A stretch of 64,000 nt of DNA. Origin: Macrostomum lignano. Taxonomy: Eukaryota. The DNA lies in the NCBI GenBank assembly GCA_002269645.1, contig NIVC01001121.1, positions 124,001 to 188,000 on the forward strand, given 5' to 3'. Each line of letters begins with the position of its first letter. The first letter of the stretch is position 1. The notes under the pieces are model-generated. The model made no database searches. It saw only the letters and a list, made by a program, of their open reading frames with translations, and was not told the origin of the DNA. Of this stretch, positions 52,975 to 63,585 are shown piece after piece. Position numbers and translations under genes: made by a program.

Positions 52975-55773
52975 TCAGCTCAGTTCGCGACGAGATTTTC
53001 GGCACACCGTGGAGACAAGGACCTCGGCTTCGTTGTCCATGGCCAGCTTATCCTTGTCGCTCTGGCCGCTGCAATCGAGAAGCTCCTCGGCCGACTCCAC
53101 TGTGCCGTACACCACTCTTCTCGGATGGTTTAACTCAGGACTTCTACTCAGAGGACTCCACCGAGTTCGCTTGAATCTATGGCGAAGTCTTTGCATAATT
53201 GGAGTAGCAGCGCTTCCAGATGAGCGAGTCGCAAGCATAGTAATTGCGACACCTGCCATGATTCCTGCTAGGCAGCAGCAGAACACCACTAGGATCGGTG
53301 TTGAAATCCGCGTATCGGTGGATTCGGACGGTACACGAAATTCTGACGCCTGCAGTCCAGTTGCTTTCTGCACGCCGCTTCCAAAGAATCCCTTGAAGCT
53401 CCACGAGTTGCTGCTTATGTCGTAGCCCCACCGCCAGCCGTGCTTCTCAATGCGAGTTACCGGGCGCTCGATCAGTTCGTCGTCGGGCTCCTCGAACGGC
53501 GGACGTCGTACTGGCAGCCGGTGCAGACCGGAGCGGCCCTTCACGCACTGCATGACGGCACAGCCGTCCACCGTGTCCAGGGTGACCTGGCTGAAGCCCT
53601 CGGGGCATTGCTTTGGCCACTCGGACTCAGCAGAGAGACCACCCGACGAAGCCATCAGACCCCGACTTGGCTCGGCCAGCGGGTTTCCCGACCGACAAGA
53701 GAAGAATCCGCCGATCGGGAGTCGATATCTAGCGGCCGAGTGCAGGTCCATGCTCAGGCAGAGCGCGATGTCCCGTCCGATAACGTAGGGCTTGAAGAGC
53801 TCTCGGCAGGAGGCAGCCTGAGTGACTTGGTTCAAAAAGCGACCGTTAGTGGCATAGGCCCCGCCGAACACCATTCCCGAGTGGGTTCGGAGCCGAGCAC
53901 CTTTTCTCGCGGCGCACCAGAACGTATTGAGTGTAGTGGTCGATTTCTCACAATCGTAGCCGTCGTCGCAGGTGAAAAATATGTAGCAGTTTGTGGTTTT
54001 CTTGGTGCACTTTTCCTTGGTTTGACCAGTTGTTGTAAGAAGAGGCACCTGCTCGGTGGTTTTGAAGAGCAAGCAGGATTCTCATGATGAGCAGAGCTGC
54101 GATCTTATGCCTTTTACGGCAGTCTTTCATGCTAAGTTAATTGCATGTACATGCATGCTTTCATACTCTGTATCATAAGGAGCAGCTCACCTCTTCGTAG
54201 CCTTTGGGGCATGAAAACGTCCCACTTATTGGGTTTCTTAAAGCACCACCGTATGCGCTACAAGCACCCAACCAAGACCTGGTCTCTGTGCACGTCTGAT
54301 AGACGCCGGCAAAGCTGAAATTTGTCGCTGGTGCCTCGCAATGGCCGTCCAAGTTAGCGGTAGGGTCGAAATTGGCGGAATTCGGATCTTGACAGCCTTT
54401 GACTGCGTTGGCGGCGTAGTACCTTTTTGTGGTTACAAGTGGATAGAATAGGTCGCACTCGTAATACCGCTTTTGAACTATTGCTTCAAAAGGGTTCTAA
54501 GGGTTTCCATAGACGGATTGAAAATAGTTGGGCTCACCTAGTTACTGCATCCTCAATCTCCTTTCTGAGCTGCAGCAGGAACACCGCCGGCATCTCAGGT
54601 AGCGACCTTCGACTGATGACAGCGTACAGCGGCTCTCCGTCCACATCCACCCCTACGAGGTTTTCCTTGAGTCCTTTCAGCCAGTCTTCCAGACTCGGGT
54701 CTGCACCAAGAACTGGACCGCCATGCGACTTGATAGACATCTTGCTGATGCTCTTTTCGTACTTCTCGACGTTCTGCTTCGTAGCGATGTATTCAAATTT
54801 GGCTGACATGTTTAGCAGGCTGAAAAAGTTGAGACTCATTGTGGCCGACAGCTTGCTGTTTGTGAACTCCTGGCTGCTAAAGGCGTCCTTGTTAAAGAAG
54901 TCGACCTTTTCAAGAACGCCGCCCGCGTCAACCGTGGTGACCACATGCGTTCCGAAATCCCTGATCACCAGATCGGACAGGTATCGAGCCAGCTTGGTTC
55001 GGTTACTAGCGATGGCGCTCACGATGTCGGACATGCGGCTGACGAACGCCTCGGAGAGCCGGAAGTCCGGCTGCAGCTTGGCCGTGTAGAGCCTGTAGCG
55101 AAGCTGCGTCCGGCCCATCTTGAACTTGCTGCTAACGGCCACAGACTTCATCTGCTGGAACTCATCGGACAGCTTGCCGTTGATGCTGAGAACTTTGTTG
55201 GAGGCTTCGGCGTTGATTGACTGGCTGAGGGTGCTGGTGTAGTTATTGAAGTGCTCCATCACCTCAGACATGACTTCCACTGCGGACTCTTTGCGGATGA
55301 GTAGGTTCACTCTGTTTGGTAGGACGTACGCGCCGTCATCAGAGAGGGTGCAGTCGTTGAAGGAGATGTCCGCCACTTTCCCCATGTCCTTGTTTCTCAG
55401 GTTGTCCCAGCCGCCGCCTAATTAAATGTGGTTGTATTTTTACTGGATTTTTTAGCGGTAAAATTCATCGAAACATCTCAGTGGTATGCAAAGATGGAGA
55501 GGCGAGAGAGAGAGATGATATTTTGAAGTGCAGATACACTCGTATACACATGCAATTCAGTCCTATTTTTGTCAGCTTCTGAATAATAAGATACTTACCA
55601 GGAAGCGCAGAAAAGCGATTTAGGTTGCTCTTCTTGTCGACGAGCCATTTGCAAGCTGGTAGATTATTTTCATTGGCTTGATGATTTTTAACCTCGGTAA
55701 CCGAAGGTGGTGTTGCTTGAGCAGCGCAGACAATGGCTGCCGCCAATGCCACAGCGGCAATGCCTTGGAGCAT
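52975..55773 (-). CDS. MPEG1: Perforin-2/MPEG1 paralogue A; exons 55599-55773, 54538-55417, 54191-54422, 52975-54048
   Basis: Signal peptide; LPGGGWDNLRNKDMG; MACPF DFGTHVVTTVDAGG; EGF-like YYAANAVKGCQDPNSANFDPTAN; P2 FWCA...SGMVFGG, IGGFFSCRSGNPL, CPEGFSQ...DGCAVMQCVK; TM helix and cytosolic tail. Confidence 0.95.
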
Positions 55774-56096
55774 AGCGCTCGGTTCAGTTGCAACGCTCTC
55801 CTTGTTCCTTACTTGAACGGAGCAGGATTAGCAGGCAGCACACCGTAATCATATTTATATATTTATCTTGTTGACGGATATAAACTCTAATTAGCTTTGA
55901 AAATCTATTTAGAACCTTGACTATTTATTAATACCCCCGCACTTAGAAGCACAAGTGAGAGCAGTAAATTTGACTATAAATAATCTTCTAATTGTCTTGA
56001 AGCTTTATCTATAGCACCTTTGTATGTATATGTATATGTACATGTATATGTATATGTTGTATATGTATATATTGCCTACTATTGTCCCATATGCGC

Positions 56097-56245
56097 AGTG
56101 TATACTTCGCTACGCGCTGGGCGTGCACTACCCGGAGCGCCTGCCGTCCAACGCTCTGATGGCCCGCGCTGGAACTTCGCCCCTGAGCGCTACCCTGCGC
56201 TGGCGCCGCGGCGTGGCGGCCGACCGGTGCAGTATGTATATAGTA
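56097..56245 (+). mobile_element. 3' fragment of a non-LTR retrotransposon (LINE, RTE/L2/CR1-like ORF2 C-terminus)
   Basis: GC-rich island in AT-rich DNA. It translates CILRYALGVHYPERLPSNALMARAGTSPLSATLRWRR, resembling the recalled 'LRRILGIxWxDRxxNxELxxRAGxxPL...RRRL' motif downstream of the RT domain. Flanked by (TATG/TA)n. Confidence 0.6.
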
Positions 56246-56648
56246 TAATATATAGTATATCGTATTTTATACATTCGCTATTCTGGAGTCTATTATGTGT
56301 ATAATGCGCATCCTCCACAATACATTAAGGATCATGCAATAGGGTCATGGTCATGTAAGGTCTAGCAAATTCGCTGCATCTACTGCACCGCACATTCAAG
56401 TGTTTTTGTGCAGCACTCGCGGGTGTTTGTGTGTTGTTGTCCTTATTCAAAGGTAACAGTTTAACGGTGCCATCGTATATACGTACGTGTTCGGAAGAAG
56501 TAGTTCGTCTAAATAGTGCCGTTAGTTTTTGTTAAACCAGCTCTTGTTGTCTTATTTCTGTAGCGATATAAGTTTAAAAACTAGCTAGAACAGGCGCTGC
56601 GCTCCGCATCAGATCAAACTGAACTGATTTAAAATTTCGATCAGAAGA

Positions 56649-59600
56649 ATGCTGCTCCATTTTGGCCTTACTTTTTTTCTCCTTGCGCTTGTAATATCGG
56701 TTGTGTCATCAAAAGAACTGAAACTAGAGGCTCACCAAGCCGAAAATGGCCGACATTGGCGTCAGCTTGGAGGCTCGTCTGTCGGTTCTCCTCTGAGATT
56801 CTCTGCGCTGCCCGGTGCGTTAAAAATGAGAGGCCTACCGTACCGAGAGATCCTCTCGGATCTCGACCTAGATCTGTAGATTTTCCTTTTCTCTAACATA
56901 GACAATAATTGAGTTACTTTGCTTATTAAACTTTCGCATTTTGAATGGCTAGAAATCTCCAAATTCTCCATAAAATTTATCTTCTCTTTTATTCCTAAAA
57001 ACGGTAGTCATAGCCTTAAGTTGGGCCTCTCTAAAGTTTTGTTGGCTTCTCTAAAGTCCTAACTATCTTTGTAAACTTCCCTGTCTAGCCAAGTCTATAA
57101 ATAATCTCCTAGATATCTGCTTCTCTCATACATTTAGCCTCATTATTAGATTTACGCTCGAATGTTTTAGGAGGCGGTTGGGACAACCTCAGAAACTTGG
57201 AGATGGGACTTGTAGCTAGTGAGTCTTTTCAGCACGGCAAGCTGTCATCCGACGGAAAGTACTTGCTGCCAAGCGGCGTGATTCTGTATGTCAGAAAGGA
57301 GTCTAACTTGGAGATTCACTCGGAGATCATGGAGCACTGCAACAACTACACTGACTCGGTCAGCGGGTCAATCAATGCTGCCAGCACAGGATTCTTGAAG
57401 GCTATTGCTATCGCGGGTCGGCTGTCCGATGAGTACCAGCACGTTCGCTCGATTTCGCTTCGAGATAAACTTCAGATCGGCAGGACTCAGTTGCTCTATC
57501 GGACTTACTCAGCCAACATGCAGCCAGACTTTAAGCTGTCCGAATCGCTGATTGTTCGCTTGAAAGCGGTCGCAGGAGCGCTAGCAAAGAAGCGGACGAG
57601 CCTTGCCAGGTACAGGGCTGACCTGATTGTTCGCGACTATGGGACGCACGTTGTAACCTCGGTTGAAGCCGGCGGAATCCTGCAGAAGGTGGACTTCTTC
57701 CAGTCTGACTCGGTTGCAAACAGCAGCTCTCTGAGAAATAAGCTCTCAGCTTCATGAGCGCCCTTTTTCATTCGCTGCTCGGCGTAAGCATCGGCGCTGG
57801 ATCCGTGTCCAAAGAAGACCTGCAGGCGTACGAGAAGAGCGTCCGCGACACCATTGTCAAATCATATGGCGGGCCGAATCTGGGTCCGCAACCGAAGCTC
57901 TCCGATTGGCTGCGGACTTTGAATGAGAATCTGGTAGCGATTGATCGCAATGGCGAGCCGCTGTGCGATGTCATTAGCGAGGCCAACCTTCCCGGAGTCA
58001 ATGCGCTGCAACTGCTGGATCTGCGCAAGGCGATTCAGAGTGCCATCGAGAGGTTAGCTGTTGGATGTTGAATGTTGACAAAACTTTCTACGTATTCGTA
58101 GGACTGAATGTTGCTACAATATTAGAAAATACTACGTACGAGACTATAGTGTTTTTAACTTCTGATTATAATATATAAATAATAATAGTAGGAGGATCCC
58201 GGGCGCCTTGGCGCCACAACCAGCGATGAGGGAATTCCTCCCATTCCGCTGGCATACGGATAGCGAATACTGTACGCAGTCACGCACCTATATACACGCT
58301 CAGGTAGAGTGTACGGTGGCCCCTGCCTTTCTCATCGTCTGCATGTACACTCCTTGTACCATGGGGGGTTGGTCCTCGTGGGTGTGAATCGCACACAACC
58401 CCCTGGTCACTTTTTTGGTGCACAAGGAATTGAATCTGTTATCAAGGCGGGAGAGTCAGACGCTTTTACCGCTAAGCTGCTCTACCGATAACAGGGTGTT
58501 AAAATTAATATCTGAGTCGCATACTCGCGCTTAGAATAGTTCCTTACTTCACAGTAACATACATAACCCTGTCCCTGAATACGGCAGATACTACAAGGCT
58601 AACACCATCGTAGGCTGCATGGACCCCGGATCCAGCAGCTTCGATCCGCTGGCCAATTTTCCCGGAGACTGCGAGCACCAGGCCAAGAACTACAGCTTCG
58701 CTGGCGTCTACCAGATGTGCAACGACAACAACCCGGATGCCAAGTTCAATTTGTGCGCCGACAACTTCGACTCCGGTGCGGTGAAGAACCCAATTACTGG
58801 CCAGTTCAACTGTCCTTCGGAGTACGAATCTGTAAGTATTCTGCTGCGCCTCTGCGATTACTGAGCTTTAGCCCTGGGATATTTAATATTTTAAGCTTCT
58901 CTTAGTTCGCAGGTCTCAACGGAAGGGACTCACAACTTTTCTCGATCGCATTCTAGGTGTCACTGTTCAAAATCACTGGCAAGAAGAAAAGACGCTGCCA
59001 GAAGAAGACCAAACGTTGTTGGTTGATCTTCCATTGCAATGACGGCCAGGAGTGCGTCGAATCGACGTCAACCTTGGAGGCGTTCTGGTGTGCAGCCGAA
59101 CTAGAGGAGCAGCTGCCGGCTCATTCAGGCATGGTCTACGGTGGCGCGTATGCAGCCGATGGCAGGTTCGTTAACGAAATCACGAAGACAACCTCCTGCA
59201 GTGAATTCTTCAGGCCCTACCAAATAGGCCGGGACATTTTCCTGTGCCTCAGTCTCGACCTGGACTTGGCGAGCGAGCACCGCATTCCATTTGGCGGATT
59301 TTTCTCCTGCAGCGAAGGTAACCCTCTGGCCGAGCCCGGCCGAGAGCCTGTAGCTCTCGCTCGCAAAGCTGTCGCTAACGAAAACGACGAAGATTACCCG
59401 AAGCGCTGTCCCAAAGGCTTTAGCCAGGTCACGCTAGACACAATCGACGGCTGCGCGGTCTTGCAGTGCGTCAAGTCCAGACCAGACCCGGGCCGATTTC
59501 CGATCAGGCGCCCGCCATTTGAAGACGCCGAATTCGAGACGCTGGAGCCTTCGACTGAAACCGATCAAAGCGAGGCATCTCGGATGGCCTTGGGCGTCGT

Positions 59601-59919
59601 CGGAGGAGTCCTCGGCGCAGTCGGAGTCGGCGGCACGGCCGCTTATCTGGTCCGACGCCGAGGTGGCGACGGCAGCGGCGCTGGAGGAGTCGTCAGACGA
59701 GTGCGCAGCCAGCTCTCTCGCAGGTTCGGGAGCCGAGGAGCCGAGGTCCACCGTGGCCATGATGAGGATCCGGAACCTGGCTGCTCGAGCAGCGAGGAAC
59801 CGGATGAGGGCGATTGTCAGCCCTTGCTTCCACCTGGCGACGGCGCCAGCTGTGATGCTCCACCCGGCCAAGATGCCACCCTCCAGGTGCGATTGATGCA
59901 GGCAATCAGGCCGCGCTGA
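56649..59919 (+). CDS. MPEG1: Perforin-2/MPEG1 paralogue B, with apparent 1-nt frameshift at about 57754; exons 56649-56814, 57171-58052, 58588-58831, 58957-59919
   Basis: Same motifs as paralogue A (LPGGGWDNLRN, DYGTHVVTSVEAGG, RYYKANTIVGCMDP, FGGFFSCSEGNPL). The frame breaks at TCA-TGA where the paralogues read SA[ST]MS. Confidence 0.88.
58165..58486 (-). mobile_element. tRNA-derived SINE in intron 2 of MPEG1-B
   Basis: Minus strand starts GGTAGAGCAGCTTAGCGGTAAAAGCGTCTGACT (A-box-like), has GATTCAATTCC (B-box-like) about 55 nt in, then a unique body and a (TAT)n-like tail. This intron is 535 bp versus 115 and 127 bp in the paralogues. Confidence 0.6.
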
Positions 59920-60858
59920 GTGAGCAGTTGTACACGCACGATTTCGTAGCCTTCAGTGACGGCTGAACAAAGTTAATTAACAATTGTTTAAGCTTTACTG
60001 TTTGATTCAAATAATTACTAGAGACGTTTTCGAACGCAAAAAGTGAAATGTTGTAAAGCCCTTTTAATTAAACATTATCTGGGTGGGCTCAAGCATTACA
60101 AAGGTTATTGAGCTATTATTTCCTATACATGTAACATAATAATATAGCGACGTAACTTTTTAACGGAAAATTTCTTTAACTGCAAAAAATTACCCTTATT
60201 ATCATTAAAATAGAAAGTTTCATCATCCAAGAGTTTCCGTGATGTAAGCCTGTTCACAATACTCGTATATTTCGTTTGCCTTGTTCCGTGTTTTTCGCAT
60301 TAGTGAACTCGCAGTTTAAACAGAACTTCGAAGCTGCTAATTCTGGGTACAAGAAATCTAAAAATAAACTTGACGCACTGCTCAGAATTACGCGAGTATT
60401 TGGGTAAGAAAGCCATTAACAGGCATCTAGCTACTGCACAGCCTTGCTCTGTATTGCTGTTTTGGACAGACATCACATGACAAACTGCAATGGGGTACAA
60501 TAGGTCTAGCACTGCGTTAGACAAAAATCTGTTCGACTGTCCCTTCTGTCCATTGCTCTCTTCTCTTCTGTACCACACGGTTTGAGTAAGCTCTAGCAAG
60601 CAGATGTACAGTAATTGCCCACCTATTACCGATCCTTCACTGGCATAGCGAAGAAGAGAAGGGCTGCCGCTATTGCCATTGTTGTCAGGGACGCTAGTTT
60701 AGTAAGAAAATAAATCTGAAAAGACAAAAAGCTATATTAGCCAACTATACTAACTATATTATCACTGTCGCCAAAGCCGAGACCCTTGGCACTTTCATAT
60801 AAATTTGATAGAAACAAACCTTAAAACTTAGCAGCATCAGAATACGACATCTCGTAAA

Positions 60859-63155
60859 ATGTGTCACTGTCTGTGGGTGATTCTAGCCCTCATTGGCCTG
60901 TGCTGCTCTGCTGGGGCCACTCCGGTCGTGAACCTCAGCCAGAGCTCTCCCGCCCCAGACGGCAGCAACCGCTGCTTATGGCTGCTCAACAGCGGAGCGT
61001 CAATCACGCGATTCTCCTCGATGCCAGGTGAGATGAGACTAAATGAGATTTACAACTGACTTCGTTTAGGCCAAACACGGAAAGTATACCTTTTTTAAAC
61101 TATACAGGTGGAGGCTGGGACAACCTGAGAAACAAGGACATGGGTCTCGTGGCTGACCTGTCGTTTACAGACTGCACCCTATCAGATGACGGCATGTACG
61201 TTCTCCCGAAGAATGTGATTCTGTACCCCAGGAAGGAGTCCAACGTGGAGGTCATGTCCCAGGTGATGGAGCACTTCAATAACTTTACTAGCTCCGTCAG
61301 CGCCTCAGTGAATATCGGTGCGAACGGAATTCTGGGCGCCATCGGAATCGGTGGCAAACTGTCAGAAGAGTTCCAGATGGTCAAGAGTGTGGCAGTGCAG
61401 AACAGACTGCAGATTGGCAGGTCGCAGCTCCGCTACCGAATGTACTCGTCGAAGCTTCAGCCAGACTTTAAGCTGTCCGTGGCGCTCACCAATCGCTTGA
61501 CGGACATTGTGAGTGCGCTGGTGAACAATCGAACGAAGCTGGCTCGATACCTGTCTGATCTAATCGTTAGGGACTTTGGAACGCACGTTATCACTTCTGT
61601 AGAAGCCGGTGGTATTTTGGAAAAGTTGGACTTCTTCAGGTCCGACTCCATCACGGACAGGAACTTCATGGAGAACAAGTTTTCTGCGTCGATGAGTGTA
61701 AAATTTCATCAAATTCTCGGAGTCGATGTCGGCGGCAGTACCACCGTAACAAAAGAGGACATCGATAAGTACACAAAGAGCGTTCGCAAAATGATGATGC
61801 GCTCATTCGGCGGACCAATCCTGGGTCCCAGCCCGAAGCTGGCAGATTGGATGAAGTCTCTGCACGAGAATCTGGTGCCGATCGATCGCGAGGGCGAGCC
61901 GCTGTACAGCGTGATCAGCAGGCGCTCCCTGCCGAACCTGCCCATGACGCATCTGATGCAGCTGAGGAAGGAGATCGAGGATGCCGTGATGCGGTAGGCC
62001 ATTCCCTTTCCAACCAGTTTTTTTATTAGGAAAAGTTTCTGGTGCCCTTGCCTCAGCATATTGCCTGCTATTGTGGGTTAGATGTCTCAGATGGTTCGAT
62101 GGCTCATACCCGTATTCCAGCTACTACAAGGCCAACACCGTCAAGGGCTGCATGGATCCCAATTCGCAAAACTTTGACCCCATCGCCAACGTCGGCGGCC
62201 AGTGCGAGGCTCCCGCCTCCAACTTCAGCTTCGCTGGCGTCTATCAGCAGTGCCGGGAGTCGAACCCCGGGGCGGGCATGAAGCTGTGCTCCGGGGACGG
62301 CAACGGCATTCTGCCAAACCCCATCACAGGAAAATTGACTTGCCCAGCTGGATACGAGCCGGTAGGTTGTTGAATTTTTCCCCTGCCTTATCGACTGAAA
62401 ATAGAAAAAAATACTTTGGGTAACAGCTGTCTAAAAATCTTGCTGTTCTAGATCCAGCTGCTGTCCACCATTGGCCGTACGGGAAAACGCTGCTGGGAGA
62501 AGACGCGTCGGTGCTGGTTGGTCTTCACCTGCAATGACGGGGTCGAATGCGCCGACTCGCATACTGTCGTGACTGCCTACTGGTGTGCGGCTCGTCGAGG
62601 TGCGAAGCTCAACCAAAACTCCGGCATGGTGTACGCAGGCGCCTACGCTGCTGACGGACGATTCGTGAACGAAATCACGCAGGGTAAATCCTGTCCGGAG
62701 TACTTTCGGCCCTACAAGATAGGACGCGACATCTACCTCTGCCTGAGCCTAGATCTGGATGCGGCTTCCCGCTACCGCATCCCTTTCGCCGGATTCTTCG
62801 CCTGCAACTCAGGCAACCCGCTGTCGGAGATGAACAGACGCCTCGTGGCTTACTCCAGCTCTGGCAACGGCGCCAAGTCAACCTCGCCGAAACGCTGTCC
62901 GGACAGCTTCAGCCAGGTGACTCTGGACACGATCGATGGCTGCGCAATCATGCAGTGCGTGAAGGGCCGCTCTGGGCTCAGCCGTCTGCACATCAGGCGT
63001 CCGCCTTTTGAGGAGCCGGACTATGAGCTCATCGAGCACCCCGTGACCCGCATTGAAAGCCACGGCTGGCGCTGGGCCTACAATGCTACAAAGAACATTT
63101 GGCGTTTTCTTGGCTTCTACGGCAGCAGCTCTGAGGAAGTCGGCTCTAGCAGTGT

Positions 63156-63198
<43 letters not shown>

Positions 63199-63585
63199 CA
63201 AGCGACGCCCAACAGCCGCGACTCGGGTTCCGACACGTCAACGGCCATCCTGGCCATCGTGAGCTGCCTGGCAGCCATCGCTGCGATTGGCCTCATCGTA
63301 CTGCTGGTTCGCAAGCGCGCCTCGCCCGGCCCCAGAATTCGTCGGGTTCTCCGCGACCTGCGCAGCCGCCGTCGTCAAGGCCGACAGCAGTCGTCGGCGC
63401 CCTACCGAGAAGTGCCTCCGCCGGACGAAAGCACGCAGCCACTGACTGAGGACGGCCAGGTGAACAATTCGTACGGTTCGCTGGAGGCCGACGAGGTCAG
63501 CTGCGACGACGAAGACGACGAGGTTGTCATGGACGACGAGCTGGCCTCAAGTGTGCTCCGCAGGAGCAACGGCGCCTCCGTTTGA
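60859..63585 (+). CDS. MPEG1: Perforin-2/MPEG1 paralogue C; exons 60859-61027, 61108-61993, 62121-62361, 62452-63585
   Basis: Signal peptide; MPGGGWDNLRNKDMG; DFGTHVITSVEAGG; RYYKANTVKGCMDPNSQNFDP; YWCAA; FAGFFACNSGNPL; poly-Ser linker; TM AILAIVSCLAAIAAIGLIVLLV; acidic tail. All phases are consistent. Confidence 0.95.

Noticed and set aside
53009-55220. Long antisense ORFs over MPEG1-A (for example 53440..54087, 54427..55089) and similar ones over ABCA and CNOT6
   Set aside because: Expected shadow ORFs of GC-rich coding sequence, with no recognisable motifs.
57750-57760. Programmed ribosomal frameshift in MPEG1-B
   Set aside because: No slippery heptamer or obvious stimulatory structure. 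The paralogues are in frame, and other 1-nt indels in the window point to error.
58415-58486. Functional tRNA gene
   Set aside because: Acceptor and anticodon stems do not pair convincingly, and the head continues into a body and tail. Treated as a SINE.
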